NCBI GenBank assembly: GCA_964016885.1
Contig: OZ024746.1
Coordinates: forward strand, 100,130,001 to 100,194,000
DNA length: 64,000 bases
Direction of reading: 5' to 3'
Source of the DNA: Eledone cirrhosa
Lineage: Eukaryota
The notes below the pieces were generated by a model. That model saw only the letters and a program-made list of their open reading frames with translations. It was not told where the DNA came from and did no database searches. Below are positions 55,044 through 64,000 of the stretch, in pieces (positions within the stretch are counted from its first letter, which is position 1; each line of letters starts with the position of its first letter). Made by a program: the position numbers and the translations under genes.

Positions 55044-55899
55044 CTGTTAATAATAAGAAATATTAATTTAGAGGTATATTTTATTTTACTTCTATATCAT
55101 CTCTCATCTCATCTGTCCCCTAGCCTGGTAGACCATTGAGTCACCACAGATGACCTGGCTACCATCCTCTTCCATTCCTCTCATGTCCCCTAGTCTGGTG
55201 GACAGTTGGGTCATCACAGATCACCTGCTAACCATCCCCTTCCATTCCTCTCATGTCCCCTAGTCTGGTGGACAGTTGGGTCATCACAGATCACCTGGCA
55301 ACCAACTCCTTCCATTCCTCTCACCTCTTCGTGCTCTTCATGACTGCACCAAGCCTCATGCCTGTCCATTCCAGGATGTTGTCTTATCTCTTTTTCTGTC
55401 TACCTCTCTTCCTCGCTCCTTGTACTGTTCCCTGCAGGACAGTCTTGGCAAGCCCAGAAGATCTTGTCATGTGCCCATACCATCTCAATTTCCATTTTTT
55501 TTTTTTAATGGTATATATATGGACAGCAAAAACAAATAGAAAACAACAAGCAAACTCCACCCATTCTATAACGTCATTGATAAAGAAGTCTAAACACACA
55601 CAATCTAACCTATGTAAGCATGGAAAAGAGACATGAAATGGCGTTGATGATGATGATGATGTGCACACACACACACACACACTCATCATTGTCATCTTAC
55701 ATTGTCATTTTACATCTACTTATTATTAGTTATGCTAGCAGGAGTTGAACGGGTTATTATAGATGGAGTACATTAATCAGAGCTGTTATCTTCTCAACTG
55801 AGTGAAGGCATGTATCCTGCAGAAATGTAGAAAACCTGAAACATGACCCTTATTCTAGACATGTAACATGGAATTGGCCAATGACACACCAATAAACCA

Positions 55900-56205
55900 A
55901 GTAAAGTACCTACATAGGTATGATGGAGGATAAGTTTAAAATGCATATCTCCTCCATGAAACATAAATAAGTAGACAAATAAAATGCCACAAAATTAGCC
56001 AGTCATATATAGAAGCTGAAAAAACTCAATGCCGATTATGCTGTAAATTGGAAAGTCTTAGAATGATGCAGAATGTCAACACTTCTAAGAAATGTCAACT
56101 CTGCACATTGGAAAGATAGCACATGTCAAATAGACTTAAAAGCATCTAGAATTGCTTTAACACCAGAGAAAATTCCTCCATACAGAAAAGTTCATTCTAA
56201 AACAA
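55900..56205 (+). mobile_element. Penelope-like GIY-YIG endonuclease remnant
   Basis: TYIGMMEDKFK..., NATKLASHI*KLK...VNWKVL, TSKKCQLCTLE, paralleling the element at 15463-15760. Confidence 0.75.
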
Positions 56206-57134
56206 TGGAAGGTGCTACACAAGGCACTCAACTCCCACAATAACATCATATTATATAATTAGAACTGATTGCTTATCCCTAACCATTTATACACTCTTTA
56301 GACAACCCTAAGCAAATGATTCAAGCCCTTTCATACCCAGCACTGATATAATGCATTTAATTGCTACACTAAATAACCCACAAGCTGCCCAAAGACATAA
56401 ATACATGTCATTTTCTAACACACAAATGCATGCAAATTATATAATATATCCAACAGGTCCAGTTCTATGAACAAATAAGTAATGGTTACTTATGGTTACT
56501 TAATGGTTACTTAATGTGTAAGTAAATATAAGTGCATACTTATATTTATAGATATGTGTACATTTAAATCTGTATGAGTGTGAACACTCAGATATACACT
56601 GTGTATCAAAAAGGGTGTATTTCAAAAGGATATATTGTTGAAACAAATGACCATCAGGCACAAGGACAATTTGCAGCAATGACATTGGTAATGTCTCCCA
56701 TAAACAATACTTCCTTCACCATAGTAGATCAATGAATGTTAGTAGTTGAAAAGGATTGGAACAATCAGTGTATAAGAATATCCACCCAACTTTTGCTATG
56801 CACAATAGCAGCTGGCTGTTTTTCAGCTATTTCCATGTTTGAGATTCCAAAATAAGTAGTGTATATCACACATGAGAAGTGCATCCAGTCTTAAATAACT
56901 TGCCTTAACTGTTTACTATTTACATTACTCTATATATACTATTGTATTTTCGCAGTAAAGTCTTTATAATATCTCATTATCGAATCTATGAGATTTTGAT
57001 ATTTATTTTGAGAACAATACAACAGTATGAATGGCCAGTTATGGCCAATTTGAGTAGAAAGAGGTGAGAGAGTTCTGGCTAGATATGGTTGGTTTAAATG
57101 CTTATAGGGTTAAAAAGTTTTACCCTAATCAAGT

Positions 57135-57302
57135 ACCATATTTCCCGGCGCCGAAGGCGCTACTTCTTCGAGGACACACCCTAATTTTGACAAGCAAAAA
57201 TTTGAAAAAAAATAAACAGCCTTCGGCTTCCAGGACATATGGTAGATTTTTTAGACTTATTTTAGGAAAAAAGTAGTGTCTTCGACGCCAGGAAATATGG
57301 TA
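57135..57302. mobile_element. Short TIR MITE (Tc/pogo-like)
   Basis: TA-ccatatttcccggcgccgaaggc / gtcttcgacgccaggaaatatgg-TA. Confidence 0.75.
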
Positions 57303-58141
57303 TATATGGAGGAAATATCTGTAAAAAAAAATAATGATAATGATTATAAACTGGGGACTGTTGGTTACAACAATGAGTGTTCCAGTTGGTACGGTCAATG
57401 GAACAGTCTACTCATCAAATTAACGTGCAAGTGGCTGAGCATTCCACAGACATGCATACCCTTAACATAGTTCTCAGGGAGATTCAGCAGGACACAGAAA
57501 GGTTGGCCCTTCAAATTACAGGTACAACTCATTTTTGCCAGCTGAGTTGACTGGAGCAACGTGAAATAAAGTGTCTTGCTCAAGGACAGCGTGCCACCGG
57601 GAATCAAACTCACAACCTTACGATTGTGAGCCAAATGCCCTAACCACAAAGCCATGCACCTTCATAATGATGATAATTTTATATATATATTACAGGGCTC
57701 TTTCTAGAACGTGAGTGATATGGGAACAACCAATAAAGGTTGAGAACCTGTAAATAGGGGAGAGGGGGTGGGGTAGGGGCAAGGGTAGGGTGGGGTAGGG
57801 TAGGATGGTGGCATGGGGTAGGGTGGGGTAGGGTAGGGGTGGGGTAAGCCAGGTGAACATATGGTTTGTTAAATATGTCAGCAAAATAAGAGTCCTGGCT
57901 GAACACAAGTGAATTGATGACATATTTGGATACCAAAGACTTTGGGATTATATGCGGTGTGTGTAGAGAGGAGGGGAGAGAGGGGGAATAGATGGGGGAG
58001 GTTGGTGGAAGAGAGAAGGAGAGGGGAGAGAGTGAGAGGTTGGTTGGAGAGAGGGGAGAGAAGAGAGGGAAAGAGGCTGAGATATATAGAGAGGAGAGAG
58101 GGAAAGAGAGAGAAATAGACATACAAAGGGAGCAAGACTGG

Positions 58142-59034
58142 GTGAGTGAGTGAGTGAGTGAGTGAGTGAGTGTGTGAGTGAGTGAGTGTGTATGAGTGTG
58201 TGAGAGTGAGCGTGTGTGAGAGTGAGCGTGTGAGAGTGTGAGAGTGAGTGAGTGAGTGAGTGAGTGAGTGAGTGAGTGAGTGAGTGAGTGAGTGAGTGAG
58301 TGAGTGAGTGAGTGAGTGAGTGAGTGAGTGAGTGAGTGAGTGTGTGAGTGAGTGAGTGTGTGTGTGTGTGTGAGAGTGTGAGTGTGTGTGTGTGTGTGTG
58401 TGAGAGTGTGAGTGAGTGTGTGTGTGTGAGTGGGTGTGTGTGAGTGTGAGGGTGTGTGAGTGAGGGTGTGCGAGTGTGAGGGTGTGCGAGTGTGAGGGAG
58501 TGTGTGAGTGTGTGAGTGTGAGAGTGTGAGAGTGTGAGAGTGTGAGTGAGTGAGAGTGTGAGTGAGTGTGTGAGAGTGTTGGTGTGTGTGAGAGTGTGAG
58601 TGTGAGAGTGTGAGAGTGTGAGAGTGTGAGAGTGTTGGTGTGTGTGTGAGTGTGTGAGAGTGTTGGTGTGTGTGAGAGTGTGTGAGAGTGTTGGTGTGTG
58701 TGAGAGTGTTGGTGTGTGAGTGTGTGTGAGTGTTGGTGTGTGTGTGAGTGTGTGAGAGTGTTGGTGTGTGTGTGTGTGTGAGAGTGTTGGTGTGTGTGTG
58801 TGTGTGTGTGAGAGTGTTGGTGTGTGTGTGTGAGTGTGTGAGAGTGTTGGTGTGTGTGAGTGTGTGAGAGTGTTGGTGTGTGTGAGTGTGTGAGAGTGTT
58901 GGTGTGTGTGTGTGTGAGAGTGTGAGTGTGTGAGAGTGTTGGTGTGTGAGAGTGTGTGAGTGTGTGAGTGTGTGAGAGTGTTGGTGTGTGTGAGTGTGTG
59001 AGAGTGTTGGTGTGTGTGTGTGTGAGAGAGTGTT

Positions 59035-59068
<34 letters not shown>

Positions 59069-59107
59069 AGTGTGTGTGTGTGTGAGAGTGTGAGTGTGAG
59101 TGTGAGC
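58142..59107. repeat. Compound (GAGT)n/(GT)n/gagagtgttggtgtgt microsatellite
   Basis: Direct reading; explains the 476-aa and 428-aa His/Thr ORFs. Confidence 0.95.
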
Positions 59108-59456
59108 ATATTTACAAGAGAGAGATGTTTGCACTAATATAAACATGCAATGAATATTACGCAATAAAGCCTGCTGGGTGAAAGGGTAAATAAATTAGTT
59201 CATGGCATAGGATAAACTGAAAGTAAAGAGAGGGGGAGTATAAAGCAGTTAGATTGGAATTTGAGACTGTCAGTTATGATTGACAGCCAAGATGTAACTA
59301 GAGAGAGTTATATATATATATATATATATGTGTGTGTTGGTATTTTAACGATAGTTATAGCTCTGATTTTTCTAAATTATTGAGCCCTCTGCCACTCATA
59401 TCGGATTTGTTTATCGTTAATTCGTGAGCTGATTTTCCGATACTCGATTATTCTAT

Positions 59457-59519
<63 letters not shown>

Positions 59520-59520
<1 letters not shown>

Positions 59521-60306
59521 ATATGGCCCTTAAAGCGATGAAATGCCTGGGACGGTTGGAGGGTCACTGATGAAGGACTTACTTTTTCATATGCACCACC
59601 ATTTGCAACGCGCAGCCATCATTATTATCATATTTACACATAATTTTTCTTCTGCTGCCACCCGTCTGCTTCGTTCTTTGTACCTTTTACCCTTTCTCGT
59701 TCTTTGTACCTTTTACCCTTTCTAGCAGTCTCTCTCTCTGTTAGCCTCCTCCTCAACTTTCACTCACTCATTCTCTGTCACTACCTCTCCTCCTCCTCTT
59801 TCCTCCTCCAAGTTTGACCTGTGTGTAATTCTTTTCTCGCGCGGTCTTGGTCAAGCTGGTATGGAATTTTTTTCTCTCTCTCTCTTTCGTCTGCGACTTC
59901 ACAAAACTTATGTTTACCGAATTCGTAGACCAGACCCCCTCTTCTTCTTCTTCTTCTTTTTCTCCCCCCCCCCCCCGTTAGACCTGTGCGAAATTCCTTC
60001 CTTGCTCACATTTCAACCAGGTTTGATGGTCTTTTGTCTCTTGTTCACGATTTCACCGAGTTTATATTCATAGAGATCTGGGACTTGTCTATTTCTTCTC
60101 ACTTTCCGTTGCTTAAACCATTTTGTTTGTTACCCTAACGTCCCCTTTATTTACGTGTCCCAACGACTTTTTTTAGCCGTTGTTCGCACCAACCTGAGGC
60201 ATATGGCCCTTAAAGCGATGAAATGCCTGGGACGGTTGGAGGGTCACTGATGAAGGACTTACTTTTTCATATGCACCACCATATTCAACGCGCAGCCATC
60301 ATTATT

Positions 60307-60313
<7 letters not shown>
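59520..60313 (+). mobile_element. ORF-less element with 114-bp terminal direct repeats (retrozyme / non-autonomous Penelope-like)
   Basis: 59520-59633 and 60200-60313 identical at 112/114 positions (offset 680); pyrimidine-rich non-coding interior; flanked by (GA)n and (TA)n; repeats contain GAAA and CTGATGA. Confidence 0.7.
60197..60260 (+). ncRNA. Candidate non-circularly permuted (pseudoknotted) hammerhead ribozyme
   Basis: aggca-UA^-tggccct ... GAAA-tgcct ... agggtca-CUGAUGA. Stem III (6 bp) and stem I (7 bp) are in exact hammerhead register but in crossed order; stem II is weak. Confidence 0.5.
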
Positions 60314-60350
<37 letters not shown>

Positions 60351-60407
60351 AGTTTTAGAATTCCCTTTTCGGATTATATTACTGTGAGAGCCCTGGTTTT
60401 CTGTTGA

Positions 60408-60488
60408 GCTCTGCTGATGAATGAAATCCAACCGTGACCATCTCCACTGAAAGTTTTCATGAAATAGTCTTTTAAGACTATACAGAGC
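60408..60488 (+). ncRNA. Type I hammerhead ribozyme, intact
   Basis: gctctg-CTGATGA-atgaaa(28 nt)tttcat-GAAA-tagtct(ttta)agacta-TA^-cagagc. All core bases present, three perfect stems, predicted AUA^ cleavage after 60482. Confidence 0.92.
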
Positions 60489-60742
60489 ATTTGATGTTAT
60501 TCCAAATTGAAGGATAAGTGTTTCAAACTTTATTTTATCATGAGTTAAAGGTCTATAGATTTTTCCCTGGATTTTACTAAATTCTGTGGATGAATTTATA
60601 TCCTGATTCTCTTTTGAGATGAGTTTGAGTTATTTTTCCTAAATCTTTCGTTAACTACTTTTCCTATCTTGACGTTATAGTCGCATATATGTTATAGAAT
60701 GCCGTTAGCTTCTTGCTTGCTAAAACAATCTCTATACCTCTC

Positions 60743-60783
<41 letters not shown>

Positions 60784-61786
60784 TATGTATATATATATAG
60801 ATATATATAGATATATATATATATAGATATATATATAGATATATAGATATATGACCTATGGTGTCACGCAGTAATACAGAAGACCCGATCCCCCACAGGT
60901 ACAAGCCGAAGCCTATAGACAATATGCCCCCACACCCTCCCACTGCAAAGTGGTCATGGAGGTCCCACGGAAAAAAGCACCCAGCCCACACTGTAAAGTG
61001 GACGTGTAGGTGCCACGGAAAAAAGCACCCAGCACTCACTGTAAATGAGGTTGGTGTTAGGAAGGGCATCCTGCTGTAAAAATCAAGCCAAAATCTGTTC
61101 CCGTATGAGCAAGACAAAGTCAGCCGACTGGACACTGCCCACAACAGGACAACCCGTCTAACCCATGCTAGCTTGGAAGAACGGGCATAAACGGTGATGA
61201 TGATATATATGTATATAGTGTACCCCTCCCTCTGGCATTCGCAGTCCCGGTTATTCATAGAATTTTCCTTAGAACCTAACTAATCCTTGTTCATGGAAAC
61301 CACCGCATATTCACGGAATCGTAAATATCTTCAGCCATTTTTTATGGCTTTTTTCGTGGCAATATATATATTTTTAAACACTAAATTATTACTAACAATC
61401 TACCGTATTTGCTGGCCTATTGGACGCCCCTTCGCATAAGACGCTCCCTCTTTTTTTAAATAATATTTTATGTTATATTTTGACGTTTATAAAAATGTTT
61501 ATGTACCACGTCCAATATTCGCAGTTTTTCACTCTTCATGGGACCTCTAGGAAAGTAACCCCTGCAAATACTGGGGGACAACTATATATACATTTATTCT
61601 ACAAGACTGGGAACATGACCCTCCCCAAATATTAAACCAATTTTAAACTAGTTAGACCATTATTCAACAGAATACTCAATACTTTGGATAGTAGAGTGTG
61701 ACTATGATAGAAAGATTCGGTGTCCGACGGCAGAGCTCAGTGTCTGGAATTAGTTGTTGAAACCACAAGAGCTCAGATTCTTTCTA

Positions 61787-61828
<42 letters not shown>

Positions 61829-63229
61829 TCATCATGAAAAAGGGAGGTAACAGTATACACTCTTGGTGAGTTAACCTCAGCGAGATTTGAACTCAGACCG
61901 TAAAGGGCCGTAACTATGCTGCATCCAACCCTCTACTGATACTGCCAATCTACCACCCTTAATGATGATATATACTGAGCTTCTATACAGTTTATATCTA
62001 CTAAATTTCACTCTCGCAGTATTTATGAATCCAGGTTAAGATTAGGGTTTAACAGTTAGGGTTAGGTTTATAAGGCTACAATAGTAAGCATTCAAGTTGC
62101 TATACAGTAAAATTGAACATGAAACCATGAAGATAGTGAAGTTTTTAACCATATGGCTATGCCTGAGTCGACATGCTAATATATTTTGTGCCCTTTAATC
62201 ACGCTGTGCATGTACTAAATTCAATGTATGTATATATTTTAGGAACAGATGTGTTTATGAAATTTGTGACTTTCTCAATTTAGTAACAACATTTTTTAAA
62301 AAGTGAAGGGGTGCAGAAAGGAATGGTACTATACCGAAGTTCATCTTCCATTACATATTTTCTCACCTAGATAACTGAATGAGGAATTTATTATTTTGTT
62401 TATCCTGTTCTAGAATTTATCTCACTTTAAGTAAGGCTATACTTGTTTTGTTGATGCCACTGAGGTGCTGCTCCAGTTACTGCATCTGATGACATTGGAG
62501 GTCTATCACTTAACCCTTTAGCATTTAAACCGGCTGTATCTGATCAGAATTCTCTCACCTCTTTCTGTTCAAACAGATCGTAACTGGCCACTCATACTTA
62601 TGTTAAGTTATTGTTCTCAAAATATATAATATCAAAATTTCATAGATTCGATATTATGGGAGATAAAGCTTTTACCGTGAAAATACAATAGTATTTTCCT
62701 GTAAATTGAAAAAATTTATAAACACCTTCGATTTTCAGATCTAATTGGACCTTCAACAGGTGTCTATATCATCTAATTAACCGCAAGGAAACGTATTTGC
62801 TGAGTATATATACTCATTTGCTCTCAATCTATATCATCATCATCATCATCACTGTTTAACGCCCATTCTTCCAAGCTAGCATGGCTTAGATGAGTTGTCT
62901 GATATCTGCCCAGTCAGATGACCACATCTTGCTCATACAGAACTAATTTCAAGGCCAACCACATTTACAATGTGTACTGGGTGCTTTCTGTCATGACATT
63001 TACATGACCACTTTACAGAGTGGGTTGGGTGCTTTTGTCGTGACACCTGCAGGAATACTTTACAGTGTGGGCTGGGTGCTCTTTGTCGTGACACCTACAC
63101 GACCAATTTACAGTGTGGACTGTACTTTTTGTCATGTGTGGACTGGGTGAAGTTTTTCATGACACCTACACAACCACTTTACAGTGTGGACTGGGTACGT
63201 TTTTTGTGTCACCTACACAACCACTTTAC

Positions 63230-63572
63230 AATCACTTTTTATGGCCTAGGGCCCGCATTAGGTGAAAAGCTTCATTTTTTCAGCTTTTTAGGGCTTTTTT
63301 GAGGCGTTACGTCTAGCCGATTTTCCCGAAATTTCAAGGCATATTATGCACATAAAAAAAATTCATTTTCTTGATCCCCGAGGGCCCGCATTAGGTGAAA
63401 ACCTGACTTTTTCCTGCTTCATCGAGGAAAATCTTAGATTATCCCGCCATCAGAGTATTCGGTTTATTTTCCTTACATATTGTCCAGGCATGCAGTTTTT
63501 CCACGATTAGGTCTGTTGGCGGCCCGCTTTCCAAAATACCTTATCCCGTACAACGCCGGGTACCACTGCTAG
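63230..63572 (+). mobile_element. Helitron 3' fragment
   Basis: Reverse-complement match to 24188-24530; cccg-tacaacgc-cggg hairpin + CTAG|T. Confidence 0.85.
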
Positions 63573-64000
63573 TATATATATATATATATACTCAGCTGAA
63601 GCATATAGACAATATGCCACCATCCCCTCCCACTGCAAAGTGGTTGTGGGGGTGCCACGGCAAAAAAAAAAACCCACCCCACACTGTAAAGTGGACATGT
63701 AGGTGCCATGGAAAAAAAGTTCCCAGCACTCACTGCAAATGACAACCCATGCTAGTGAGGAAGAACGGACGTAAAATGGTGATGATACTCACACACACAA
63801 AGAATTGGCTCGTCAATGCTAGAATGTCTGATCATAAGACTGAACAACTTGTCAACACTTCTCTCACAATTACCAAATATTTTATATATTTTACAGTTTT
63901 TTTTCAATAACTGAAATTCGTCATTGAAACAACAAAATCAAAAATATTTTTAATTAAAAGAAAGAAGATAGTTGTGGAACATGTCAGCTTGATCAGGTGA

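Noticed and set aside
57679-59164. 476-aa and 428-aa His/Thr-rich ORFs (also 25216-26090)
   Set aside because: Translations of (GT)/(GAGT) microsatellites.
60189-60239. Alternative ordinary type I hammerhead ccaac-CTGAGGC...GAAA...gttgg
   Set aside because: Core A9 is C, there is no UH before the 3' strand, and stems II/III are poor; fits worse than the permuted fold, though it remains the main competing explanation.
62368-62410. Possible upstream phase-2 exon of the PH gene (…IQLSR|gtgag)
   Set aside because: Weak acceptor and no PH beta1 (G.L.K) motif; unsupported without RNA data.

Overview
AT-rich, repeat-saturated eukaryotic DNA. The tRNA-derived SINEs, RTE LINE fragments and very dense microsatellites look like an octopus/coleoid cephalopod genome (inference). 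One host gene is visible on the minus strand: five phase-compatible GT-AG exons (55043 to 30649) encoding the C-terminal part of a PH-domain protein, with its 5' exons not found. The rest is transposable-element debris: a near-full-length decayed R4/Dong-type restriction-endonuclease retrotransposon, Penelope-like elements (RT + GIY-YIG), CRE and RTE fragments, two SINE families, non-autonomous Helitrons, Tc1/pogo/piggyBac/hAT MITEs and many minisatellites. The most notable signal is RNA-level. (TA)n/(GA)n tracts hold short inserts carrying hammerhead-ribozyme motifs: one textbook type I hammerhead (60408-60488), several minimal Penelope-type ones, and a 794-bp ORF-less element with 114-bp terminal direct repeats whose hammerhead core strands appear in a non-circularly permuted (pseudoknotted) order. 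All folds were read by eye and none has been computed or tested. TE boundaries are approximate.
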